A stretch of DNA of 64,000 nt, taken from Gordius albopunctatus. Taxonomy: Eukaryota. The notes under the pieces were generated by a model that made no database searches, was not told where the DNA came from, and saw only the letters and a list, made by a program, of their open reading frames with translations. The position numbers were made by a program, and so were the translations under genes. Where the stretch lies: assembly GCA_964276515.1 (NCBI GenBank), contig OZ193910.1, forward strand, positions 2,542,001-2,606,000, in the 5' to 3' direction. Shown one piece after another: positions 39,043 through 51,641 of the stretch. How positions within the stretch are numbered: the stretch's first letter is position 1; the number at the start of each line of letters is the position of its first letter.

Positions 39043-40160
39043 CAGAGTTGTTAAGGTGCGCGCACGCCAAGAGCGCGCACCGGATTTGCGGTGCGACGTG
39101 CTGGTGCACGCACTTTTTTATAACGAAGAGCGAGTGCAGGTGCGCGCACCTGATTAAGTCGGTGCGGGTGCGCAATTGCGCTCCTGTTTTGCGTACATTA
39201 AGAGTTTTACAATTTATTAATTTATTCGAAATTGTATTATATCGCATATTTCACTAATTAAATTTCTACTGATTTACTATATATAACATACATCTATGTT
39301 CCCGGTGGAGAAGATAACAAGGCGGGAAATTGGTTACTATCGATAGACAATAAAAATAATCTAACCGCAATATTTCACATTATTCACGTATTTACTTTAT
39401 CAATCAACGATTAATCTTTACACTTTTGAACTCGTCGCTTAATAAATAAACTATAGAAAAACACTAAAACGATTGAAGTTTAATAAGATTAGAAGTTTAA
39501 AAACACAGACAGGTATTTTGATTAAAGAATTACAATAAAATATTCAAATAATGATAATATATTTAATTCAGCGTTTTTTGGAATATTGTCATCTCCCGTT
39601 ACTATCTTAATATTTCAAACACATTTAAACCTATCTTTGCTATCGTAAGTTTAATCAGATATAATGATCAAATTACAATTAATTTTCATTAAAATATATT
39701 AAATTAGTTAATTAATTTTTATTTTGTATTATTGTATTGGTTGCCATAGTACTCCTTATCCAATTTTTTACTCTTTTCTTTTCTCACTGCTTATATATAA
39801 CACTTTAATATGATAGTGAGTTATGGAAATAGAAGAATCAAGCATAAATGTAGCAAGCAAATCATGCATGAAAATTTTTTTGATTTCCAAAATATGCTAA
39901 TATGTTTAAACTTAAAGATAATCAGCATAATACACTTAATTTTGAGGTGCAATGTCTTTTATGCAATGCCAAACTCAAGACTTCTTCTAGATCTTCTTTC
40001 AATTTGACTAGGCATCTAAAGGTAATCTTGTTACTTGTTTTTATTTAATAATTAAGCAAATAAAAAATTTAAATTTATAGAGATTTTGTTATAGTGCAAT
40101 CAAATTTCATGTGCGGGTGCGAGTGCGGCATCGGTTTTTGAAGTGCGTTTAACAACTCTG
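39043..40160. mobile_element. Non-autonomous hAT-like element with GTGCG subterminal repeats
   Basis: TIRs CAGAGTTGTTAA...TTAACAACTCTG, with a 7/8 TSD CGTGTGTG/CATGTGTG. Confidence 0.8.
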
Positions 40161-41065
40161 CATGTGTGTTATCCGATAATTTATATATACGTCGCCCCCC
40201 CCCCACACACATACACAAATACGCGTAATGTTTACTCCTATTTGTGATTAGTAACCATTTTTAGTATCTTTGGGATAAAAATAGTTAAAACGATTATTAT
40301 TGCTCCTCTTACTCATAAATATATTTTTTTGAGTAATGAATTTGCGAAAAAATGTGATACGAAATGATTAATATATTTTCCGATATAATTAATATATACT
40401 TTTCGTGGGGCATTTATTCGCGGATCTTTTCGCGTTGAATAAATTTAAAAAAATTTGAGTATTTAAAATTACCCTTTTTTATGTCAACATTTGTTTTGGT
40501 TTTTCGGTATTTTAAACTATTAAAAACAAAGGAAAGAATAAATTAAGTAAAAAATAAATTTTTATTTGGGCAATGGGGGATATTTAGGCAAAGGCATAAA
40601 CTAAAAAAACCAATGACTGGCGAACAGCTGATAACACTAGCCAAAAAATAATGGTCTTATGAAATCAACCGGGAAACGGTTAACATATTTAGATATGGTT
40701 TTTTGTGATGAAAACGAATATATTTTTTGTTTTTTTTCTATACGTCAGATAATTGAGTTCAAAGTTGCAAAAATGAGCTTTTTTGACCCTTTTGGAGGTG
40801 TAGACAGAAAAAATAAACCGACAAAAAAAAATTTGAAAAATATTTATTGCGGGTCAAACCACAGACTGGTAAAACAAATATAAAGGAAATTTACACAAAA
40901 ACAAATTTTTACTTAATTTATTTAGTTTTTAATTTATCTTAAAATTTAACTTAATCCCTATGATTCATAGAAAATAGCCGTAAACTTAAGATCTGCTTCC
41001 CTTCCCTATCCCATTGGTTTCTAAGCACATATAAGCATGCAAATATCCTATGTGATGTGGGTTTA

Positions 41066-44000
41066 GTATGTATGTATGTATTTTTTGCCCCGAAGACGCC
41101 CAAGAGCTTAGTAAGTGCAATCTAAGGTTGAGCCCCTTCTCACGCCAAATGGCGCATAAGGCCACGTTATTGCTAACGTGTGATTTTATTCCTGTAACAA
41201 ATGTATGTATTAAGCAGTGTAAGTATGCATGATAATAAGTTAATATACCTTAGGTGTAGGTTCTGGTTTATAATTAAGTGTTAGATTATGGGTAGGAATA
41301 AGGTCGTATTAGTGGAGGCGAGAAATATGGGTTTCCGAGAAATTTTTCCATGATTTTCTATCATGCATAATAGCTTGTAACGAGGTCCAATCTTTACCGA
41401 GGGTTTGCATGTCGCGGAATACTTTGTACAGCCAACTATTATTGCACGTGCGACCCCTTAATAGAGGAGGACGCCAAAACAGGGAAGCTAAACAATAATT
41501 AGTTCCTTTTCTTCTTACCTGATGGGCCAAGAAGCCCCATTTTCTGGTTGAGATTATATTCTTTATCGGAGGGATTTTACACCGAACCCACAGGTCTTCG
41601 TTGGATATTATGTTAGGATAGAAAATTCTACAAACTATCCGTAGCATTTTATTCACGTTGACTTGCAGTTTTCTTAGAGTAGGTGCTCTTAAAGACCAGG
41701 ATTCACAACCATATAACAGAACTGGTAGGATCATTACTTTGAAGATCCTGAGTCGTGTAGGGAGGGTCAAGTGGCGGGATCTCCATATGGCGGAACAAGA
41801 GTGAAATTTAAGAAGGGTGCGTTGTAATTTTGACTCCACATCCACTCCGGCATAGATGTCGGTTGTGAGGTCTACTCCTAGGTATCGAACTTTGTGGGAC
41901 ACTTTAATGGGGTTGTTATTGATCAGTATCTTGTCCTCCGAGGGAACGTTTAGTGTTATCATTGCACATTTGTCGGCATTTATATATAGTCCAGCTTGTT
42001 TTGCCTGATCGGAGAATCTGTCTACCATAGATTGGGCCTTCTTTGTAGAGGTCGCCACCAGACATAGGTCGTCGGCAAAGATGAGTGAGGATAGCATAGT
42101 TCCGTTTAACGTAATGCCATCTGAGGCAAATATTGACCTTTTCATTATCAGATCCATCACTATAATAAAGAGAAGGGGAGACAATGGGCAGCCTTGTCTG
42201 ACTCCTGTCGTCACGAGAATTGGGTCTGATAGATGATGAAGGTGGGAGACAACTACCTTCATGTCTGCGTATATAAGAAAAATGATTCTGATTATCTTCT
42301 TTGGTATTCCCAATAGGCATAGGGACTCCCATATATATAGGTGCTGTACAGAGTCAAAAGCTTTGGCTAAGTCTAAGAATACAAGGACAAGAGGGGTTTT
42401 GCTAGTACTGGAAATATCCATTATATTTCTTAGTGTGATAACATGTTCTATGGCTGTGCGGCACCTCCTGAACCCCGCTTGGTTGTGTCTAAGTATATCA
42501 TCTATCTGATTGTAGAGCCTATTGTATAATACTTTGATAAAGAGCTTTGATTCAAGGTTTATAATAGTCACTCCCCGATAGTTGTTTGGATCAGAGGGGT
42601 CTCCTTTCTTGAATAGTTTATTAAGGCGGCTTAGCGACCAGGATTTTGGTAATTCTTCTTTTTCCCAGACTTTGTAAAAAAGGTGGTATAGAAGTTTTCC
42701 GGATAGTTCAGAGTCCGTTTTAAGTGCTTCAGCAGTCATCCCTAACGGATCTGCTGCCTTATGTGATTTAAGAGTTTTGATCATGCTAACAATCTCGGAG
42801 ATGGATGGTGAGAGTGTATCAATCGGAAGCGGCGGGGGTCCTTTAAAGTTCTTAATAAATTCTTTATAGATATCCAGTACAGGGACGGGCGTATGGGGGG
42901 ATAGGATAGAACGGAAGTGGGCTTCCCAAGATTTTGTCTGGTTTATAGAATCGTTAGAGTTTTTGTCTGATTTTATGTTATAGTGGGTGCGCTTAGCCAA
43001 TGTATTGTATTTTAGGCTGTCAATAATTGTAAACAGGTGGTGGCTATTGTTCGAACGTGCAGCTGATTCTGCCTCACTTGCTTTAGAATTGATGAATGTT
43101 ATTTTGTCCTGTCGTATACTGGATTTGATACGCTTGCTAAGAGCAGACAAGCATGAGTGTTTGAACGGAAGATCCTCTTTGCTATGAAATATATTTGCCC
43201 TTGTCTTCAACAGATCTAGTGTCTTTTGGGTAAACCATGTTTTCGTCTTGATGCGGGTCTTTTCCTTGGGTGGGTTCGCAAATATCTTTAATAACTCAAT
43301 ACTGTGTTCGTTGACTGAGAGGTTTGAGAGAACAGTGTCTTGAACTTTAAGGAGAAGATTATCTTTAAACTCTATATTTCCGGTTATGCCTTGAGGTCTT
43401 ATTATTGGATTTCTGTTTGTACATGGTACATGTAGAGTTGCTGATTTTATTATCAGATCTGCGGTAATCACATGATGATCTGCATTCACTGTAGCGGGAT
43501 CATGAATTACTCGGACGTTCTTGACAGTCTTAAAATGGCGTGTCCTACAGAGTATGTGGTCAATTTGACTTGGTCGAGAGGTATTTGTACCATGGAAGGT
43601 AGCTAGCTGGTCACTGGGAAGTTGAGAAAAGGTGGAAGCGATTCGCCATCTAAATTCTTTACACCATTTTTTTAAGAAAATTCCATTCCTATTATTGGAG
43701 CCCAACGTGTTTTGGCCGATTATGTTGGTGTCATCCCGGTTCGTAAGGGTAACAGAGGCATTGAGGTCTCCTATTATTATTGGCACTGCCCTAGAAGTCA
43801 GATCTTTTGTTGCCTTTACAATAACTCCGAAAAATTCTTTAAGGATCTGTATTTTGTATGATGCTGTTGGTGCATAAACATTTATAATTGACACTGTGCG
43901 GGCACCCACTTTTAGGTTTAGTATTATAATTCTATCGTTGACAAAATTAACGCTCAAAACAGAGAGACGCCTGTTTACCAGTGTGGAAACTCCTGAAGCT

Positions 44001-44188
44001 GGGTTGTCGATAACCCCGGAGTGGTAAAGTTTGTAGTCAGGGTATGTATCCGTTCTTGAGGAAGGAATACGTGTTTGCTGTAGACATAGTACGTCTAATT
44101 TATGTTTACGGGCCAACATGAGCATTAGTTGCTGGTTTCCTTGTATCATTAGTGAGTTGATGTTTAATGATCCGATGTTTAGTTTCAT
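41066..44188 (-). mobile_element. Non-LTR retrotransposon (RTE-like) with intact ORF, 3'UTR and (ATAC)n tail
   Basis: ORF at 41309-44188, followed by a 3'UTR of about 230 nt that ends AAAAAATACATACATACATAC. The 5' boundary is not determined. Confidence 0.85.
41309..44188 (-). CDS. APE endonuclease + reverse transcriptase polyprotein, 959 aa
   Basis: APE motifs: SLNIN, DVLCLQQT, NVYAP, GDLNA, IDHIL, ADH. RT motifs: KKGD..NYRGVT, QAGFR, FLDLAKAFDSV, GVRQGCPLSPLLF, FADD, YLG. RTE-type C-terminus LLYGCESW. Confidence 0.95.
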   Translation of the reverse strand: MKLNIGSLNINSLMIQGNQQLMLMLARKHKLDVLCLQQTRIPSSRTDTYPDYKLYHSGVIDNPASGVSTLVNRRLSVLSVNFVNDRIIILNLKVGARTVSIINVYAPTASYKIQILKEFFGVIVKATKDLTSRAVPIIIGDLNASVTLTNRDDTNIIGQNTLGSNNRNGIFLKKWCKEFRWRIASTFSQLPSDQLATFHGTNTSRPSQIDHILCRTRHFKTVKNVRVIHDPATVNADHHVITADLIIKSATLHVPCTNRNPIIRPQGITGNIEFKDNLLLKVQDTVLSNLSVNEHSIELLKIFANPPKEKTRIKTKTWFTQKTLDLLKTRANIFHSKEDLPFKHSCLSALSKRIKSSIRQDKITFINSKASEAESAARSNNSHHLFTIIDSLKYNTLAKRTHYNIKSDKNSNDSINQTKSWEAHFRSILSPHTPVPVLDIYKEFIKNFKGPPPLPIDTLSPSISEIVSMIKTLKSHKAADPLGMTAEALKTDSELSGKLLYHLFYKVWEKEELPKSWSLSRLNKLFKKGDPSDPNNYRGVTIINLESKLFIKVLYNRLYNQIDDILRHNQAGFRRCRTAIEHVITLRNIMDISSTSKTPLVLVFLDLAKAFDSVQHLYIWESLCLLGIPKKIIRIIFLIYADMKVVVSHLHHLSDPILVTTGVRQGCPLSPLLFIIVMDLIMKRSIFASDGITLNGTMLSSLIFADDLCLVATSTKKAQSMVDRFSDQAKQAGLYINADKCAMITLNVPSEDKILINNNPIKVSHKVRYLGVDLTTDIYAGVDVESKLQRTLLKFHSCSAIWRSRHLTLPTRLRIFKVMILPVLLYGCESWSLRAPTLRKLQVNVNKMLRIVCRIFYPNIISNEDLWVRCKIPPIKNIISTRKWGFLAHQVRRKGTNYCLASLFWRPPLLRGRTCNNSWLYKVFRDMQTLGKDWTSLQAIMHDRKSWKNFSETHISRLH

Positions 44189-44859
44189 ATTTGTTTATCT
44201 GATGGGATATACGAGTAGCAAGGAAGGTATATAGAAAGACTCGTTTCTAGTTTGAGGGTATAAATTCTTTGCAAGCAGTGGTGACAGTGTGGTGTTTTCT
44301 GTTTCAGATTTTGTCAGAACAAGGGGAGCCTAAGGATATCTTTATACGTCGATGTCACATAAGACTATTAAATGGTGATTACTCTTTACGTTTTTTAGAT
44401 TTGGCGTTATGGAATTTTCCGTTGGTTTAAATACTGCCCATATTAAATCGGGAAAAGAGGTGGATAGATCGTTTATTAATGGTGATGTAGATTAGACCTA
44501 AACTTGGATTTTTTGTTTAATGAACGTATATACTATTTCTCTGAGGTTGTAATGTTAATGTTTTAAATAGTAGCACATTCAGGGCACGGGAGTTTTGGGG
44601 GGTTGTTTTGTTTCAGAGGAATAAGATAAAGGAGGGGGGTAGCGCATGGGCGTAGCCATCTTTCGGATTAGACTAATCTCAATATTTAATAATTATATAA
44701 TTTAAATTTGCGTCAAAAGGTCGTGTGAAATAAAATTATTAACATAAAACTTAATTTCAAGTGTTGTTTACGATAGGAGCTACTGCATTACCTAATACTA
44801 CACTTCTCTTCCCTCTCAACAATCAATCTGCCCTCAGTTTAATATAGCTTAAAAATTTA

Positions 44860-46020
44860 ACAATATATAATGCCACAAATTTCGATTACCAAATTTATTT
44901 GATGTATTAATATCGTTGAATCGAAAATTTTGGGTTTCATTTGATTTCCTCTCTTATTAATCTTATTCTGTGTAAACATTTGCTGTAAATCTAGTTAGAA
45001 TATGAAAGTAACCTGTTATTTGCCTCGACCTCGAGGTCCTTATCAAATATTTCTTCATTCTCAAATCATCTTTATGTGACTCGTAGATTTGGGCCAATGC
45101 ACTTAGTGAGAATTCCACTCCATATGACCTGTTTGGGGTGTAAAGGTTCGTTTAAACACACGTATTAAGTGGGAGAATGACCGACTTTTCCCAAACCACA
45201 ATGATTTAGCAATAAGAAGGCAAAGCCAAAATTAAATCTAAAGGTGCGGCTATCTTGCAAGGAGTAATTTCAGATATTTATGCTAGTAACGTGCCATATG
45301 CATTGATTAATCATACAAGAGACATCCCATTATTTTTCGAAATATTGTCTCACTCGTCTCATCCATCTTGAACTTAGCTATGGCATGTACAGGAGAAAAG
45401 TGGACGTTATTGTATAATCGGTTATTCGCAAAAATTCCAAAGCTATCTAGGGCAAAGCTAATAAAGGAGTCAAAAAGTTGTATATATTGAGAAAAACCAT
45501 GGTAATGTGGTCAGTAGTTTAATCTTGTTGATTAAAGCTTGTCTCATTTATCAATGCATATGGCATGTTACTATAATTAAAATGATGCGGTTAAGGCGTC
45601 TTTACATTGCTCTTTGCAAGATAACCGCATATTAAGAACGTTTGATTTTTGCTTAACCTTCTAATCGCTGAAACATTGTGGTTTAGGGAAAAGTCGTTTC
45701 TGATCTATGCGGTAATTTATAAGCGAAGACACCTGACATAATCTTATAATGTTTTTTCCCAAACGAACCGTTAAGCCCCAAACAAGATCATATAGAGTCT
45801 TACTAGGTGCATGGACCCAAACCTTCGAGACACATGATTAGCAATCGGGACTTTAAAGTAGTATTAACTAAGGGCCTCAAGAAAAAAATTATGATCCTCT
45901 TAAATAAAAACTAGATTTGATAAATTAGAAGAGAGAAAAGTAAATGAGACCTTACATTTTGGATTCAACAATGTTTATACCTCAAATAAATTTGGCACTC
46001 GAAACTTGTGGCATAATTTA
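44860..46020. repeat. Old foldback element with diverged inverted arms of about 460 bp
   Basis: 44860-45320 is a reverse-complement homolog of 45537-46020 (e.g. TGCCACAAATTTCGATTACCAAATTTATTTGA vs TGCCACAAGTTTCGAGTGCCAAATTTATTTGA). Confidence 0.75.
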
Positions 46021-48793
46021 GTTATTGTCGCTTATATTTACAAATTTCAGCTTGTTATTATTTTTAGGTCGAGTCAAGGTTGACAATTAAATAACGCCTT
46101 CGCGGTCGGGTTGAAGAAAGTGACTTTGTAAAATAGTAATAAAGAGTTGAGCCCGGTGATTAATCCTCCCAAAAACAATGCTGTCCTATCCAAAGCACCC
46201 ACCCCTTCCACAGAACACTTTCGTGTGCTGTGTTCACTCAACACTAATTCATCCACCCCTCCGCGAATCAAAGATGGAAATTCTCAATACCCTCCCAAAA
46301 CATTACGCATTTTACACCATTAAAAACTATTTTAATATCTCCAAAATTCAACAATGCTTTTGCTCCTGATCCGCTTCTTTTTTATTTCCCGCAATTTTTG
46401 AAAGCTACGACAGCTTTATGAGAAACACTCTAGAAGCAATCCTTCCTTAAAATTAAATTCAGCACTTTTTCGTGGCTCCAAGCCTCATAACCTACTAAAG
46501 CTGGCGCCCCTTGAATCATAAAATGTTAGTATGCTATATATACGAGAAAATGAGGATCTTCGCTAGCAAGTAAGGGCTTGTCTTAATATCGGATTCAGAT
46601 TCAATTGGCGCGTATTTATCTTTATAAATATTCGATTCAATTTCATGTGTCAAACTCGGTTGTAATTATTAATATTTTGTTTTTCGATAGTTAAAACCGT
46701 TTTTTTATTTATTTAAACTCTTGAGATTAATCGCTGTTATATTATGCGTCTGAAATGTAAATCTGCTGTGAATTTGAAGTTTAGACACGGCTTTATTATA
46801 TCCCGTACAACGATCTTTGCTGCGCAGCAAAATCCTATAAGACAAGGCTTAAGTGAGAGAGCGAGAGAGAGGTGTGGGGTTAAATAAGGGCCTGTTTAGG
46901 CCAGTCGGCCCTCCCGTAATAAAAATTTCAAACCCCGGGCCCGTCAAACTATTAATTATAAGCCAGAGCCCGCCCGCTAATTTTATACAAAGCCCGGCCC
47001 GGGCCGGTAAAATTTTTTTATTTTTTTTGTTTAATTTTTTTTCAATATGGTAAACAATATTTGTGTGTTAAAAATGTTGATAAAAATATTGTAGAAATAA
47101 TAAATAGGTAATCCCCGGTCATATCTTTAAAGAAATCGCATACATAGAAAAAAATTTTTACGAGTTCCATTTTGGGATACACAAAACCATATAAGCCAAA
47201 TAAACTTTCAAATCCCTTATTTAAGGTTATAATGTTTTTAATAGAGTTACTTGGCTTCTTTGCTTTTCCACCATTTTAAATAATTTGGTTATTGATATAA
47301 AATAAAAAAGGAGTGATATTTTACAAAAGTAACTCGAAGAAATAAATTTTAGAATTTGTTTTTGAATTTGTTAATCATAGTGAGTTTATAAATTTTGGAA
47401 TTTGGTCGAGGTCAGATTAGTAAGGAACGGTTATCATTAATTTGCGGGGAATTAAAGCCAGTTTCGCAATTATCCGATATATAGCAACAACCTAGACAAG
47501 TTGCCCAAAGAAACTCATTAATAAAGGTAATCAGTAGGGCACGAAAGCAATAATGGTATATAAGGTCGGGCGAGGTCGAAAAAATTTAAGCCAACCAGCG
47601 GCGGTCATAAGCTAGTGTGTATTTGTGAAAGCAAAATAAAAGTCTTTTACAGGAGCACAAGTCCACAGCCATCAAAAACCCGTATAAGAAGTTTTCACGG
47701 CAATTATTGAAAAATTACAAGCTGGACAGGATGGACAACCAAAAGAGAGCCCATAAATTTCATAGCAATTAATATAAATAATTTTAAATAATATTAGATT
47801 AATTCACTCAATATTGCTAGAGGGTATTAATGGGGAGGCAAGGATGGGCAGCTGCCCCCCTCCAAATCCAAAATTCTTGATGTAAAAAACATTTATATCC
47901 CTATTTAAACTGCCCCATCTAATTTAAATTAGGTCCATCCATTGGATCACGTTTATAAATTATCTTTAACATTTATAATGCGGGTTGAGATATTGATGAA
48001 TTAAAATGAACTAGGATGGAAATAATATTTAACTTTCTTTGTTAATTTAATATATACATAAAATAATTATAAATTAGAAAATTAGAAAAAAACCTTCTTT
48101 TATACTAAATCTAATTGATTTTATAACAGGCTTTTAAGGGGCCTTAAGTATATCTAGGCCCAACCCGGGTCCGTTAAGTTATATAACGGCCCGTCCAGGC
48201 CCGACCCGTGGTTTTATTTTTGAGCAAATGCCCTTACACTAATGATTCAAAGTGTTTGGCTAATTATTATCATGAATCATATTAATTTTATTGTAATTTA
48301 TTTGAATAAAAAATTCACAGTTGTATTTTTGTACTTCCCATTTTCACCCCTATCTTCCCAATGCATAATTTTATAAACAAATTTCAACTAATCAAAAATT
48401 ATTTTTTAACAAAATTTTTAGGTACATGGCGGATTAATTATATTAGTAAGAAAAAAGTCGTTGAAAGTTTAAAAAAAATTTTGAAGAGTGAAACCACGTT
48501 AGTAATGCGTCGCGTGTTTTCTAGTAAGAAAATGGTCGTTTTTTAAATATATTAGTAAGAAAATGGAGTCTGTTTTTCATATAAAATCGTCTTTCATCTG
48601 CTAAAGAAACAGGCTTAATTTAGTGAGGATCGCGAGCAAAAATGGCAAACGAATGGGGCAAAAACATTTTTGTAAATTAATAATGTAGCGAAAAATATGT
48701 TAGAAAAAGTGTATTTTAATATCAGCTAGATGGCTCAAACACTTGGAAAAACATTATTCCTACTGTCACAGCAGAAGTACCGACTGGTATAGG

Positions 48794-48996
48794 TAGAGTT
48801 GTTAAATTGCTAACTTTCTTCAACTCTAGCTATCATCTGCTCGAGTTTCTGCTCGGCCCTCGAGCATTTTTATATGCTACTGCTCCGCCTAGTGCACCAA
48901 ACAGCGAGCAGATATTGTGCTAACGCGCATATTAAGCAACTCAGTGTGCGTGCTCGCGTCTGGAGTTTGAAGAAAGTTAGCAATTTAACAACTCTA
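48794..48996. mobile_element. hAT-type MITE (TAGAGTTGTTAA family)
   Basis: Copy of 16894-17079, with a perfect TSD GGTATAGG. Confidence 0.88.
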
Positions 48997-49018
48997 GGTA
49001 TAGGCGAATAAAAAGCTA

Positions 49019-49178
49019 CATGGGCGTAGCCAGCATTGAAATTAGAGGGGGGGGCAATAATGATTTAGGGAGGGGCAAAATGAACATTTTTTGAAATTTT
49101 AGCCATTATTTTAATAAATTTCAACAAAGTTTTGGATTTAGAGGGGGGCAGCCGCCCCCCCCCTTGGCTACGCCTATG
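49019..49178. mobile_element. hAT-type MITE (CATGGGCGTA family)
   Basis: TIRs CATGGGCGTAGCCA...TGGCTACGCCTATG, with TSD AAAAGCTA. Confidence 0.88.
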
Positions 49179-49359
49179 AAAAGCTATCATAAACTATTTA
49201 GAAATGCAAATTTCTAACCAATCGATTGAGAACTTTAGAAAACCGCCCACAAAGAAACGCGCGTCACTTTTTATACATACAGTAGTGCCAATATGAAAAT
49301 ATGTTTTTCAACAAACCCTAGAGTTAACTTTTCTACCTGAATCATTGCCGTTAATTAAT

Positions 49360-50942
49360 TGCTATGCAATTTATGGGCTCGCTTTTTGTTGTCCGTCCGT
49401 CCTCCAACGTTCTTACACCGTCTTTGAACTTTCTAACTTGCTGGTTCAATCCCCGGAGAGGACAAATTTTTTTTTTTAATTTAATTAATATTTTGTTCTT
49501 GTTAATACCATTGATAATATTACTTTTTGACCGTCCGCTGGCTACTGACCAATGGAAAAAATGACCATTGGCCAAATTGTGAATCGAAATTTTTTTTCGT
49601 TTTTGAATTGGTATATTAGGTTAACATATATAATTACTAGAGATGCACAGATACCAAGTATCAACATGGTATCGGCGCCGATACCTTGCCAAAAGTATCG
49701 GGAATTATCAAGCCGATACCTTTTTCAATATGAAACTCAAAAAATAATATTTATAGTATCTCCTACCATTAAAAAATAGAGGAACTTTTAAATTTTTTGA
49801 AAATTGTTTCATTTGATTGGCTATAAATATTTCTATGTGGAGTATAATAAACTCATTGACCATCTGTTCCGAAAGTAAATATTGTTTTATTTCAAAAATT
49901 ATTATTTGTAATCTGTAAATTATGCAAAGCTAAAATAAGTCGTGGGGACAAAGACAAACATTCCTTTAATACTTCAAATTTAAGGAGACATTTAAAAACT
50001 AGACATCCAATCGAATTTCGCAGTATTCTTAAAAATGAAAGTGATATTAATACAAAAAAGATTAATTTGAATAAACAAAAACCAGCTTCTGGTATTCAAT
50101 CGACATTAAAAGAAGTCATTGAGCTTAATAAAATGTGGGATAGTACACCACATGATAAAGCAGAGAGTATTACTCAATTAATGGCTGAAATGATTGCATT
50201 GGACTCACAACCCCCCTTTTCAATTGTAGAAGATATTGGATTTAATAGATTAATAAAAAAAATTTGTCCTAAATATGTCGGTCAAAGTCGACGTTATTTT
50301 TCTGAAACTGCTTTAAGTAAAATGTATGTTAATATTAAAAAAAAAATAATGGATGAAATTACTAATGATAAAAAACAATTTTCTTGTGATACAATGTTTT
50401 TTAATTTTACAACGGATATATGGTCTAGAAAAGCAGCAACAGATGCCCATATGAGCCTCACCTGCCATTATATAACCAAAGATTTTTACTTAAAACCAAG
50501 AACATTAAATGTACTTACATTTAATGAAAAGCATACCTCATAAAGTGTACCATAAATCGTCAAAATTCTGATCTACCAAAATTTGGATGTGACTTAATTT
50601 ATAATATTTAATTTGCATATATTTTTTAGTATAAAAATTTTTTTAATTGTTTAAAGTATCGGCATGGTATCGGTATCGGCAAAAAAATCTTAAGTATCGG
50701 CTGGTATCGGTATCCTAGAAGGGCCTATGCCTCTACTGATATGGGTTCCTGTGCACCCTCCCCCCTACAAAATGTGCGTTCGAATCCCGGAGAGGGCAAA
50801 TTCTTAATTGCTGGTTCGATACCCGGAAAGGACAAATTTTTTTTTAATTAAATGGGAAATTTGTATGAATAATTAACTAATCATTTTGCATTTAATACCC
50901 CCCCCCCCCTATAGGCATTCTCGCCCATAAATTGCATAGCAA
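49360..50942. mobile_element. Putative TIR element (TTGCTATGCAATTTATGGGC termini) hosting a hAT insertion
   Basis: A perfect 20-bp inverted repeat at the two ends. Related ends at about 6670-6720 and 47720-47770. Confidence 0.55.
49638..50715 (+). mobile_element. Internally deleted hAT (ZBED-like) transposon
   Basis: Left end TAGAGATGCAC with (GGTATC) subterminal repeats at both ends. In-frame from 49908: BED finger CKLC...NTSNLRRHLKTRH, then MIALDSQPPFSIVEDIGF...SRRYF and FTTDIWS...MSLTCHYI, truncated at 50543. Confidence 0.85.
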
Positions 50943-51571
50943 ATACGCTACTTTTATACGGAGTGGAGTATGGATGAGTTTCGTGCCCCCTTCTCTTCCC
51001 CTTCCCACGAGGGCCGAAGGCCCGAGTAATTCTGGATGGATCGATACATTTATAACTAATTCACGCTCAACAGCCGCAGGAGTATTTTTTAATTAACTCG
51101 GAATAACCTTGAATTTTGACAGCCTAATAAGTCAATATTTAATCAGCAAAAACCCTCTACATCTTACTTCAAGGTTAATTAGCAAACTAGATAAAAAAAA
51201 TCATTTTGTGATTTGAAAAATTAAGTAAACGTTTCTAAAAATGTCAAACTTTTCTAAAATCCTTAATAAAGTTTTTAATTACACTAGGATATTCTTATAG
51301 TAGAAATTAAAATAAAATATAGATAAGCTAATAAACAAATTAAAATTTCTTAAGGTTTTAAAAAATTTTGCATAATTTCCATAACCTTTGTGTTTTTATT
51401 GAGATATAATCTACAAAAGATAAAAGAATAATTTTATATATTTTAACAATTTGCGTATTGGTAATCAGTTAAATAATTTTAAACATTAAAAAACACATTT
51501 TATAAAATATCTAAATTACATTTTTTCACTAAATTTTACATAAGGCTTCAATAAAAATAATTATAATTAAA

Positions 51572-51628
51572 TGATGTTTGTCCAGAAAATTTAGTGAATT
51601 TTTAAAATTTCCCTTCATATATACATCA
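51572..51628 (-). promoter_or_regulatory. SECIS element in the GPx 3'UTR
   Basis: Minus-strand RNA: UGAUGU auau A UGAA GGGAAAUUU uAAAAAuucacu AAAUUUUCU GGAC aa ACAUCA. This gives helix I, the AUGA/GA kink-turn core, a 9-bp helix II and an apical A-run. It starts 14 nt after the TAA. Confidence 0.88.
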
Positions 51629-51641
51629 ATTTCAAGATAAT

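Noticed and set aside
38964..39257. Cys/His-rich ORFs on both strands
   Set aside because: They are artefacts of GTGCG/CGCAC subterminal repeats of the hAT-like element.
41916..43877. Overlapping and antisense ORFs within the LINE
   Set aside because: They are shadow frames of the RT ORF with no recognisable motifs.
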